64,000 nucleotides of DNA from an uncultured beta proteobacterium. Its GTDB lineage: Bacteria > Pseudomonadota > Gammaproteobacteria > Burkholderiales > Burkholderiaceae_C. The stretch is from the NCBI GenBank assembly GCA_963774675.1, contig CAVZFV010000010.1, positions 52,793-116,792 of the forward strand. Direction: 5' to 3'. The notes under the pieces are model-generated. The model worked only from the letters and a program-made list of their open reading frames with translations, had not been told where the DNA came from and ran no database searches. Below are positions 30,340 through 39,150 of the stretch, piece after piece (position 1 is the stretch's first letter; the number at the start of each line of letters is the position of its first letter). The translations under genes and the position numbers were made by a program.

Positions 30340-31021
30340 ATGCGCCAAGCCCTGATCGCTCCGAGCCTGTTGTCCGCCGACTTCGCCCGCCTCGGCGATG
30401 AGTTGCGCGACGTGATCGCCGCCGGCGCCGACTGGATCCACTTCGACGTGATGGACAACCACTATGTGCCGAACCTCAGCTTCGGCCCGATGGTGTGCCA
30501 GGCGCTGCGCAAGCATGCGGCCACGCCCGACGGCAAGCGCGTGCCGATCGACGTGCACCTGATGGTGCAGCCGGTCGACGCGCTTGCACAAGCCTTTGCC
30601 GAGGCCGGGGCCGACTCCATCAGCTTCCATCCCGAGGCGAGCCTGCACGTGGACCGCACGCTGCAGCTCATCCAGGCGGCGGGCTGCAAGGCGGGGCTCG
30701 TGTTCAACCCGGCGGCTTCGCTCGACGTGCTGGAGTGGGAGATCGACAAGCTCGACATCGTGCTTGCTGATGAGCGTGAACCCGGGCTTCGGCGGCCAGA
30801 GCTTCATCCCCGGCGCGCTGCAGAAGATCGAGCGGGTGAGGAAGCTGATCGACGCCAGCGGCCGCGACATCCGCCTCGAGGTCGACGGCGGCATCAAGAC
30901 CGAGAACATTCGCGCCGTGTTCGACGCCGGCGCCGACACCTTCGTTGCCGGCAGCGCGATCTTCGGCCAGAAGGACTACAAGGCCGTGATCTCGGCGATG
31001 CGCGCGGCCATTGCGCGCTGA
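30340..31021 (+). pseudogene. rpe: Ribulose-phosphate 3-epimerase, one frame disruption
   Basis: [19 protein letters not shown]...[16 protein letters not shown]... is read in one frame up to ..EIDKLDIVL. The conserved [15 protein letters not shown]...[10 protein letters not shown]...AIAR* continues in the +1 frame from about 30763-30766. Confidence 0.85.
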
Positions 31022-31322
31022 AGCGAAACTGACGACCCCCGGCCGTCTGGCGGCCGCCCCCCGCGGGCACCGAACCCGACCGGGAGACCCGGATCGGGTT
31101 CGGTGCGCTAACACCGCTGTACCCTCTGGTTGCCTGCGGCAACCTGTTCCCGAGGGGAAAGCGAGCCCGTTTGATGCGTCGCGGGTGGCGCGAAGTGCGG
31201 TGGAGCAACAGAGTCGCCTGCAACCGATGGCGCGCTGACATCAGGGGCATTCCGGAGTCAGCTTCCTCACCGAGCGACCTGGGATCACCATCCGCACGCC
31301 GTATCCCCGGCACAAGGAAAGG

Positions 31323-31754
31323 ATGATCACGATGAACACAAACACGATCACGAAGCAGATCTCGCTCCTCGCAGCGGCGCTGCTGCTCGCTGCCGGCTCG
31401 GGCCTGGCGTGGGCGAACGACCTGAAGCTCAGCGGGGCGCAAGAGGTGCCGCCCGTCACCACCTCGGCGGCGGGTACCGGCAGCATCACTGTCGCCGCCG
31501 ACGGTGCCGTGAGCGGCAGCGTCACGACAACCGGTGTGGCCGGAACCATGGCGCACATCCATCTTGCCGCGATGGGCAAGAACGGCCCCGTCATCATCCC
31601 GCTGACGAAGACCGGTGAGGGCGTGTGGTCGGTGCCGCCCGGCGCGAAGCTCAACCCGGAGCAGATGAAGAGCTATGAGGCAGGCGACCTCTACGTCAAC
31701 GTGCACAGCGACGCGCACAAGGGCGGCGAAGTCCGCGCACAACTCAAGCCTTGA
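31323..31754 (+). CDS. CHRD domain-containing secreted protein
   Basis: Signal peptide, then LSGAQEVPPVTTSAAGTGSITV...GTMAHIHLAAMGKNGPVI...LYVNVHSDAHKGGEVRAQL, which is the CHRD pattern. Confidence 0.75.
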   Translation: MITMNTNTITKQISLLAAALLLAAGSGLAWANDLKLSGAQEVPPVTTSAAGTGSITVAADGAVSGSVTTTGVAGTMAHIHLAAMGKNGPVIIPLTKTGEGVWSVPPGAKLNPEQMKSYEAGDLYVNVHSDAHKGGEVRAQLKP

Positions 31755-31799
31755 ACGGGAGCAGGCGCAGGCGCGGGGCGGCCTGCCTGTTGCTCCACT

Positions 31800-32066
31800 T
31801 CAGCGTGCGGTGGGCGGTCGCGCGCGGCGCTGGTCGCGCAGCATGAAAAGGTAAAGCCCCTCGACCTTCTCGCGCGCCCACGGCGTCTTGCGTAGCAGCC
31901 TCAGGCTCGACGTGATGCTCGGTTCGTGCGTGAAGCAACGCAGCGGGATGCGCTGGCCGAGTTCCTCCCAGCCGTAGTGCGCGACGAGGGCGGTGACGAT
32001 CGTCTCGAGCGTCAGCCCGTGCAGCGGATTGCGCGCCTGTACGGGCGGATCGTTCTGGTCGGACAT
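31800..32066 (-). CDS. VF530/DUF2132-family putative DNA-binding protein
   Basis: NPLHGLTLETIVTALVAHYGWEELGQRIPLRCFTHEPSITSSLRLLRKTPWAREKVEGLY matches the DUF2132 signature. Confidence 0.75.
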   Translation of the reverse strand: MSDQNDPPVQARNPLHGLTLETIVTALVAHYGWEELGQRIPLRCFTHEPSITSSLRLLRKTPWAREKVEGLYLFMLRDQRRARPPTAR

Positions 32067-32901
32067 GCGACGATTCTGGGTGCAATCCCCTGTGTGCGTG
32101 CCGAAAGTCGCAGCGATCGCTCGCCGTGCGCTGTCAGAATCCGCCGATTCAATCGAATTCTTGCCGCGCCTCTTGCCCGCCGACTCTCACCTCGCAACCG
32201 GGCTTCAAGCCGCGATCGTCGACCTCGACGGCACGCTCGTCGACACGCTGGATGATTTCGTCGCAGCGCTTGGCGCAACGCTCGCCGACTTCGGATTGCC
32301 GCCTTTGGATCGCGCATTCGTCGCACGTACCGTCGGCAAAGGTTCGGAACATCTGCTGCGCCGAGCCCTTGCCGAGGTGGGCGCCGAGGCGGGCGCAAGC
32401 GCAGACTTGTTCGACAAGGCGATGGCGCGATACCAGCAGCACTACCGGGTGGTCAACGGCCGCCATTCGCGCGTCTATCCTGGCGCCGCGCAGGGACTCG
32501 CGCGCCTCAGGGCGCACGGCCTGAGCCTTGCCTGCGTGACCAACAAGCCGACGACGTTCGCGCGCGAGCTGTTGCAGGCCAAGGGCCTCGCCGGGCACTT
32601 CAGCCATGTCTTCGGCGGCGATGCGTTCGCTCGGCGCAAGCCCGACCCGCTGCCGTTGCTCGAAACCTGCGCAGCGCTGGCCACTGAACCGCGGCGCACG
32701 TTGATGGTGGGAGATTCGCGCAATGACGCGCAAGCCGCGCGCGCCGCGGGTTGCCCGGTCGTGCTCGTCACCTACGGCTACAACCATGGCGAGCCCGTGC
32801 GCGAGGTCGATGCCGACGCCTTCGTCGATCGGATCGACAAGATTGCGCTCGACGCATTCGCCTGCTCGTACGGTTGGCGGGGCGAGATCGGCTCCGGATA
32901 G
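32065..32901 (+). CDS. gph: Phosphoglycolate phosphatase (HAD family); start uncertain
   Basis: AAIVDLDGTLVDT (HAD motif I), VTNKP (motif II) and VGDSRNDAQAA (motif IV). In-frame TTG codons at 32161 and 32173 are more likely starts than ATG 32065. Confidence 0.75.
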   Translation: MRRFWVQSPVCVPKVAAIARRALSESADSIEFLPRLLPADSHLATGLQAAIVDLDGTLVDTLDDFVAALGATLADFGLPPLDRAFVARTVGKGSEHLLRRALAEVGAEAGASADLFDKAMARYQQHYRVVNGRHSRVYPGAAQGLARLRAHGLSLACVTNKPTTFARELLQAKGLAGHFSHVFGGDAFARRKPDPLPLLETCAALATEPRRTLMVGDSRNDAQAARAAGCPVVLVTYGYNHGEPVREVDADAFVDRIDKIALDAFACSYGWRGEIGSG

Positions 32902-33180
32902 GAGCGCGGCAGTGCCCGGCGGCTTCGCTCATCGCCTGCTACACTTTTCCGATGTTCAGCGCGCGCAAGTTCACGCACAGGTCGCACGACCGGGGAGCCT
33001 GGCCCTGGCGTCGGCCCGCCGCGCCGGTTTAGGCGCTGGCGGGTGGCGTGAGGGGCGCAACGGCGCCGCCGCGCCTTCCGACTCCCATCGGGCCGAGTTC
33101 GATCGGCCCTGATCGAATCGAATCACCCCGCTGCTTCGCGCATTGGCGCATTGGCGGGGCTCGCGCAAGGTCCACCAGAC

Positions 33181-34746
33181 GTGATCACTGAACTCGAATT
33201 CAAGAGCCTTGCGCAGCAGGGTTTCAATCGCATCCCGTTGCTCGTCGAGGCGTTCGCCGACCTCGAGACGCCGCTCTCGCTCTACCTCAAACTCGCGTAC
33301 GGAACGCCCCAAGGTCCGGGCTGCGCCCAGCCCGCCCCCCACGGGGATCAAGGAAACTTGGGGCGGCCCGGCGTTTCCTTGCGCGACGGCAGCGGCAAGC
33401 ACAGCTTCCTGCTCGAATCGGTTGTCGGCGGCGAACGCTTCGGCCGCTATTCGTTCATCGGCCTGCCGGCGCGCACGCTGCTGCGCGCAAGCGGCTTCAA
33501 GACCGAAGTCGTCACCGACGGCGCAGTCGTCGAGACGCATGAGGGCAACCCGCTCAATTTCATCGCCGCCTATCAGCAGCGTTTCAAGGTCGCTTTGCGC
33601 CCGGGCTTGCCGCGCTTTTGCGGCGGTTTGGCCGGCTACTTCGGCTATGACGCGGTGCGCTTCATCGAGCCGAAGCTCGCGAAGACGTGGAAGGCGGGCG
33701 GCATCGACACGCCCGACATCCTGCTGCTGCAGTGTGAAGAGCTCGCCGTGATCGACAATTTGTCGGGGCGGCTCTACCTGATCGTCTACGCGAACCCGGC
33801 GGAGCCGGAGGCCTATTTCAGGGCCAAGCGGCGGCTCGCGGAGCTCGGTGACAAACTCACGACCAGCGTTACTGCGCCGCATGTGAAACGCGTCGCGGCG
33901 CAAGACGTGGAACGTGAGTTCGCGAAGAGCGACTACGTCGCCGCCGTGTTGAAGGCCAAGGACTACATCGCGGCCGGCGACATGATGCAGGTGCAGATCG
34001 GCCAGCGGCTGAAGAAGCGCTACACGGAAAGCCCGCTGTCGCTCTATCGGGCGCTGCGCTCGCTGAACCCTTCGCCCTACATGTTCTTCTACGACATGGG
34101 CGAGTTCCAGATCGTCAGCGCGAGCCCCGAAATCCTGGTGCGCCACGAGCGTGTGCCCGAAGGCGAGAAGGTGACTATCCGCCCGCTCGCCGGCACCCGG
34201 CCGCGCGGTGCGACGCCCGAGCAGGACAAGGCGCTCGAGGCCGAGCTGCTCGCCGATCCGAAGGAGCGAGCCGAGCATGTGATGCTGATCGACCTGGCGC
34301 GCAATGACATCGGCCGCATCGCGAAGACCGGCAGCGTGAAGGTGACCGAGGCTTTCGTCGTCGAGCGCTACTCGCACGTGATGCACATCGTGAGCAATGT
34401 CGAGGGGCTGCTGAAGGACGGCATGACGAACCTCGACGTGCTGCGCGCGACCTTTCCCGCCGGCACACTGACCGGCGCGCCCAAAGTGCGCGCGATGGAG
34501 ATCATCGACGAGTTGGAGCCCGTCAAGCGCGGCATCTATGGCGGCGCCTGCGGCTACCTGAGCTTCGCCGGCGACATGGACGTTGCGATCGCGATCCGCA
34601 CCGGCATCGTCAAGGACGGCATGCTGTACGTGCAGGCAGCGGCTGGGGTCGTCGCCGACTCGGTGCCCGAACTCGAGTGGAAGGAGACCGAAGCCAAGGC
34701 GCGCGCTTTGATCCGCGCCGCGGAACTGGTCGAAGAGGGGTTCTGA
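33181..34746 (+). CDS. trpE: Anthranilate synthase component I
   Basis: ITELEFKSLAQQGFNRIPLLVEAFADLETPLSLYLKL, LLESVVGGERFGRYSF and GGACGYLSFAGDMD. GTG 33181 is preferred as start; TTG 33151 is possible. Confidence 0.9.
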   Translation: MITELEFKSLAQQGFNRIPLLVEAFADLETPLSLYLKLAYGTPQGPGCAQPAPHGDQGNLGRPGVSLRDGSGKHSFLLESVVGGERFGRYSFIGLPARTLLRASGFKTEVVTDGAVVETHEGNPLNFIAAYQQRFKVALRPGLPRFCGGLAGYFGYDAVRFIEPKLAKTWKAGGIDTPDILLLQCEELAVIDNLSGRLYLIVYANPAEPEAYFRAKRRLAELGDKLTTSVTAPHVKRVAAQDVEREFAKSDYVAAVLKAKDYIAAGDMMQVQIGQRLKKRYTESPLSLYRALRSLNPSPYMFFYDMGEFQIVSASPEILVRHERVPEGEKVTIRPLAGTRPRGATPEQDKALEAELLADPKERAEHVMLIDLARNDIGRIAKTGSVKVTEAFVVERYSHVMHIVSNVEGLLKDGMTNLDVLRATFPAGTLTGAPKVRAMEIIDELEPVKRGIYGGACGYLSFAGDMDVAIAIRTGIVKDGMLYVQAAAGVVADSVPELEWKETEAKARALIRAAELVEEGF

Positions 34747-34837
34747 TCCAGGGGCGTGTCACGGCCATATCAAATCACGATGCCGAATCTCGATTGTGAT
34801 TCCATCGGCAGGTTCGTGACGCTGACTGCGGGACGCC

Positions 34838-34854
34838 AGCCGCTTTGAGCGGCT
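34838..34854. terminator. Short hairpin between convergent trpE and the SNF2 helicase gene
   Basis: AGCCGCT-TTG-AGCGGCT, a 7-bp stem with a 3-nt loop. Weak candidate. Confidence 0.2.
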
Positions 34855-34890
34855 CAGATCGCGAATGCTTCCGGCCTTGCTGCGGGACGG

Positions 34891-37428
34891 TTACCGCAAC
34901 CAGGGCGCGAATGCCTTGGCCAAGCGCTGCATCACGGCGGCGTCGGGCAGCGGCAGGCGCACACTGGCTTGGCCTGTGACTGGGTCGCGCTCGATCGTGA
35001 TGGGCGCCGAGCCAGGGGTCGCGCCGCTAGCCGTTCGCGCCGCCGCCAGGCCCTGCAAGAACGCGGCTCCGGCTTCGAGGATCGGTCCCCAAGGATCGGC
35101 CGGCTCAGCGCGAGGCGCAGCATCTTCGGGTAGCTTCGTTGCCGGATCTGGATCCGCCGCCGCGACGCCTTTGGCAACTCCTGCGTCGCCATCGACCGTA
35201 GGCGCTACGTCGACGGCAGCGGGCGCTGTGCCGCCCGAACTTGAGGCCCCCGGCGGCTCGCCCGCAGGATCCGCGTCGGCCTCGCCCATCGCGCCGGCCA
35301 CCTGCTCGACGCTCTCCATGAATTTGGACAAACGCGTGCCCTGCAAAAACACCTCGTTCGCGCCGCCGTCGAGTACGCCGGCGAAGAGCGACTTCTTGAA
35401 CGCGAGCACGCTGAGCATGCCCTCCTCGATGCTGCCCTGGCCGACGAAGTTGATAACTTGCACGCCGCGCGACTGGCCCATGCGGTGGACGCGGCCGATG
35501 CGCTGCTCGAGCACCGCCGGGTTCCACGGCATGTCCATGTTGACGACCACCGCCGCCGCGTGCTGCAGGTTCAGGCCCACGCCGCCGGCGTCGGTGGACA
35601 GGAACAGCCGGCAATCCGGATCGTTATGGAAGCGCTCGACAAGCGCGCCCCGCTTGTCGCCGGGCACGCTGCCACTGAACAGCACGTGGCCCCAGGCGCG
35701 TGTACCTTCAGCGGCATTGAGCCGGCGCACGATCAACTCGTGCGTGCCGAGCCACTGGCTGAAGATCACCGCCTTGGCCTCGGGCGCCTCCAGCAGCTCG
35801 TCGAGCAAGGTCATCAACTCGTCGACCTTGTGGCCGTGATCGGTCTCGTGGTCGAGCAGCCAGGTGCTGTTGCAGACCATGCGCATGTTCTGCAACGAAC
35901 AGGTGAGCCGGCGCTGGTCGGCATCCGACAGGTAACCTGTCTTGCGCCAGCGCGAGACGATGCGCGCGACGATGTCGCCGTTGTCGTCGTGGTGCATGCG
36001 CTGCTGCGGCGTCAGCGGCACGAAGATCCGACTGTCCACGCGTCCGGGCAACTGCGTCAGCACTTCGGCCTTGCGCCGGCGCAGCATCACCGGCGCCAAC
36101 GTCTGGCCGATGCGGTCCAGGGCGCGGTAGCCGATCACGCGGCCGGCGTCGTCGCGCAACTGGTGTTCGTCGAGCAGGCGCCAAGTGGGGCCGAGGCGGT
36201 GCTGATCGACGAATTGCACGATCGAGATCAGCTCCTCGATCCGGTTTTCCAGCGGCGTGCCGGTCAGCACCAGCGCATACGGGCTCGCGATGCGCTTGAG
36301 CGTGCGGGCGGCGATGGTGTTCCAGTTCTTGATGCGCTGCGCCTCGTCGGCGATGACGAGGTCGGGCGCCCAGCCGGCGATCAGGTCGGCATCGCGCGCC
36401 AGCGTTTCGTAGTGGGTGATTTTGCAGAATGCGTCTTCGCGGTACTGCAGTTGGCGCTGCGGGCGCAGGCCGTGGATCACCTGCGCCTGGCGCTCGGAGA
36501 AGCGCGCGAATTCAGCCCTCCACTGATGCTTGAGCGAGGTCGGGCACACCACCAGCACGCGCTGCACGCCGAAGTGGCGGGCGAAGAGTTCGGCCGCGGC
36601 GACAGCCTGGATCGTCTTGCCCAGGCCCATCTCGTCGCCGATCAGCGCACGCCCGGCGCGCACCGCGAACAGCGCACCTTCGGCCTGGTAGGCGTAGAGC
36701 TTGACCTTCAGGAGTTTGGCCAGGGCCTTGTCCTGCGCACCCTTGGGGTAGGCCTTGGCCAGGGCGGCCTGGCGATGTTCGCCGTCGCGAATCTGGGCCA
36801 CGAACTGCCAGACATCGTCGTAGCAGCGCAGCTCGTGGTCGCTTTCTTGCGCCATGCGGACAAACGCATTGAGCTCGTCGAGGCGATCCCGGGGCAGGGC
36901 CCAACCGGCGGCCTTGTCGAACAGTTGCTCGGCCTGCGCCAGCAGCGTCGGCGGGCAACTCCTGCCGGCACGAAAGCGCAGCCGGCGCGCGCCGGCGTAG
37001 TCGAGCCAGACCTCGCTGTACTCGGGCTCGAAGCCGCGCGCCAGCGCCACCTTGCCGCCGCGCCTGGCCTCGAGCTTGGACAGCGTGAACTCGATGTGCT
37101 TGCAGGTGCCGAGATCGTTGGTCGCGAAGTCCGGGCAGGTGCAGAAGTTTTGGCCCAGCGCACGCCCCCGGATCGAGACCCGATAGCGGCTGCCGCTGGT
37201 CGGGTTGTGCACGCTGAAGTCCGAGAACACCGGCTCGGTGCCCAGGTTTTCCAGGCCGAAGCTCTGCTCGCGGCCGAACTGGCGCCGCAGCGCGGTCTGC
37301 CAGTCGGCGACTTCCAGGCTCGGCGGCCGGCGCGTGCGCGAGTGGCGCGGCTCGGCCTTCTTGCTGGTCGGGCCGGGCCGGCCTTTGCCAGTTTGGGCCG
37401 GAGGTTTGCGGGCGCTGCGGGTAGGCAT
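34891..37428 (-). CDS. SNF2-family helicase with N-terminal SWIM zinc finger
   Basis: 845 aa. SWIM CTCPDFATNDLGTCKHIEF. SNF2 motifs DEMGLGKTIQ, DEAQRIKN, GGVGLNLQ and RVHRMGQ. Ala/Pro/Gly-rich C-terminal ~150 aa. Confidence 0.85.
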   Translation of the reverse strand: MPTRSARKPPAQTGKGRPGPTSKKAEPRHSRTRRPPSLEVADWQTALRRQFGREQSFGLENLGTEPVFSDFSVHNPTSGSRYRVSIRGRALGQNFCTCPDFATNDLGTCKHIEFTLSKLEARRGGKVALARGFEPEYSEVWLDYAGARRLRFRAGRSCPPTLLAQAEQLFDKAAGWALPRDRLDELNAFVRMAQESDHELRCYDDVWQFVAQIRDGEHRQAALAKAYPKGAQDKALAKLLKVKLYAYQAEGALFAVRAGRALIGDEMGLGKTIQAVAAAELFARHFGVQRVLVVCPTSLKHQWRAEFARFSERQAQVIHGLRPQRQLQYREDAFCKITHYETLARDADLIAGWAPDLVIADEAQRIKNWNTIAARTLKRIASPYALVLTGTPLENRIEELISIVQFVDQHRLGPTWRLLDEHQLRDDAGRVIGYRALDRIGQTLAPVMLRRRKAEVLTQLPGRVDSRIFVPLTPQQRMHHDDNGDIVARIVSRWRKTGYLSDADQRRLTCSLQNMRMVCNSTWLLDHETDHGHKVDELMTLLDELLEAPEAKAVIFSQWLGTHELIVRRLNAAEGTRAWGHVLFSGSVPGDKRGALVERFHNDPDCRLFLSTDAGGVGLNLQHAAAVVVNMDMPWNPAVLEQRIGRVHRMGQSRGVQVINFVGQGSIEEGMLSVLAFKKSLFAGVLDGGANEVFLQGTRLSKFMESVEQVAGAMGEADADPAGEPPGASSSGGTAPAAVDVAPTVDGDAGVAKGVAAADPDPATKLPEDAAPRAEPADPWGPILEAGAAFLQGLAAARTASGATPGSAPITIERDPVTGQASVRLPLPDAAVMQRLAKAFAPWLR

Positions 37429-37622
37429 AGGGGGTGCGGGCTTGCGCTCAGGGCGAAGGGTGGCTGCAATTCTCGCTCGCCGCGCGAAGCGATCCGAAGG
37501 CTTGCTCCTTGGCAGTGGAACTTGTGCCGCAGCAGGCGAGTGCGTTGGGCGAGGTGCAGGCCTGAAGCACGGCCATGATGCGGGCTATGCACGCAAAGCC
37601 ATCCGCATTGGCAGCGCTTTTC

Positions 37623-37819
37623 GGTTGGCGTTGGCGCAAGCCATCAGCCTGACCGACCTATTGCGCTCTCACGGGGCGCCTCAGTCCCCACCCTGCACGA
37701 CGCGCCGGCTTCGCCAGCGACAGAAGATTCGGGTATCAAAGCGGGTATGAAACGTGGATGTCTCGCAAGGCATCCCGCGGAAACAATGGGATAGAGCGCA
37801 AATGCTGCTGATGATCGAC
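37623..37819 (+). repeat. Left 197-bp direct repeat (attL-like) with trpG upstream region and first 6 codons
   Basis: 192/197 identical, with no indels, to 45247-45443. Ends with ATGCTGCTGATGATCGAC (MLLMID), then diverges. Confidence 0.95.
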
Positions 37820-37956
37820 CGGCCCCAGGTAGGTGTCACGACATCCCGCCGCCGCCCGCAAACCCGCGCCAATGCTGGCGATTGGGGCTCCTGACGTCTC
37901 ACTGAATTCGGCCCCGGCCCGGCAAAAAGCGGGTATCAAAGCGGGTATCGGTTGCC

Positions 37957-39075
37957 ATGCAAATCTCCCGCCGCGACCTGTACAACCGTGTGTGGTCCAC
38001 GCCGATGATCAAGCTCGCCCGAGAGCTCGATATCTCGGACGTCGGGCTGGCCAAGGCCTGCCGCCGGTACAACATCCCCCGTCCGCCGCGTGGCTACTGG
38101 GCCAAGCTCGCGGCCGGCAAGGTATCCCCGAAGCCTGGCCTGCCGCCGGCCAAGATTGATACGGTGGAGTTCGATGCGGCCCGGCATCGCATTCCGACGC
38201 CGCCCAAGGTCGAAGTCGACACCGCGAGCATCGAGGTCACGGTAGCGTTCCCTGGCGAGGACCTGGCGGGCATAGCCGCAGTGACCTGCGAGCGACTGTC
38301 CAATGCGAAGCCTTCGGCCGACGGCTTCGTCTCCTGCGGCTCGTACCGGGTCCTGAGCTGTTCACTGAGCCCCGCGACCGTAGAGCGAGCCTGTCGCATC
38401 CTGAATGCGGTCGAACGTGCCTTGCCTACCGTCAGCGCGCGCTTCGTGCACGACCAAGAGAAGAAGCGGGTCGACATCGACATCAGTGGCGAGCGGATGG
38501 GCATCAGCATCGCCGAGGACTACACGCGCACCGAGGCCGTCAAGGTGGTCCCGAAGTATTCGTGGATGAAGACACGCCTGTTCTCGTACCACTTCACGGG
38601 CGATCTGCGGCTGACGATCTCGGGCGACTTCTCCGGCCGGAAGTCCTGGTCCGACGGCAAGCGCTCGCGCCTGGATCAAAAGCTCGAAAGCTTTCTCGTC
38701 GGCTTGGCCACCGGCGCGCGGGCCATTGCCCAGCTGCGTACTGACCGCGAGGAGCAGCGAAGACGATGGGAGGAGCAGGCACGCGAGGCCGAGATTGCCA
38801 GGGAGCGACAGCGTCGACTGCGCAGCTTTGCAGATCAGCTTCGCAAGGAGGCGATGGCTTGGCATCGCTACTGCGACGTGAAGGCCTACGTCGATCACCT
38901 ACAGAGCCAGCTCGGCGCAAGCGAGGCATTGCCTGAGCACAGCCGCGAGTGGCTGCGGCTTGCCGTGCACTTGGCCAGGCTGACCGACCCCACCAAAGCG
39001 CGGCTTGAGGTCTTGCAGGCTGGTGTCTCCGGCTACGACTACGACATGCCGTTTGGTCGCTCCGTCGTGGGGTAA
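37957..39075 (+). CDS. Hypothetical protein (N-terminal HTH-like motif, C-terminal coiled-coil)
   Basis: 372 aa. N-terminus RRDLYNRVWSTPMIKLARELDISDVGLAKACRRYNIPRPPRGYWAK looks like a helix-turn-helix. The C-terminal REEQRRRWEEQAREAEIARERQRRL is coiled-coil-like. No family assigned. Confidence 0.6.
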   Translation: MQISRRDLYNRVWSTPMIKLARELDISDVGLAKACRRYNIPRPPRGYWAKLAAGKVSPKPGLPPAKIDTVEFDAARHRIPTPPKVEVDTASIEVTVAFPGEDLAGIAAVTCERLSNAKPSADGFVSCGSYRVLSCSLSPATVERACRILNAVERALPTVSARFVHDQEKKRVDIDISGERMGISIAEDYTRTEAVKVVPKYSWMKTRLFSYHFTGDLRLTISGDFSGRKSWSDGKRSRLDQKLESFLVGLATGARAIAQLRTDREEQRRRWEEQAREAEIARERQRRLRSFADQLRKEAMAWHRYCDVKAYVDHLQSQLGASEALPEHSREWLRLAVHLARLTDPTKARLEVLQAGVSGYDYDMPFGRSVVG

Positions 39076-39150
39076 GGCTTCAGCGTCTGCAAGTCGGCTG
39101 ACGGTGCGTGCGACCGTGTCGGTCAATCTGCAGGTGGCTGGCAACTGGCG

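Noticed and set aside
32902-33180. Possible trp leader peptide / attenuator upstream of trpE.
   Set aside because: I found no short ORF with tandem Trp codons and no obvious alternative terminator/antiterminator hairpins. The only feature is a small GCGCATTG duplication.
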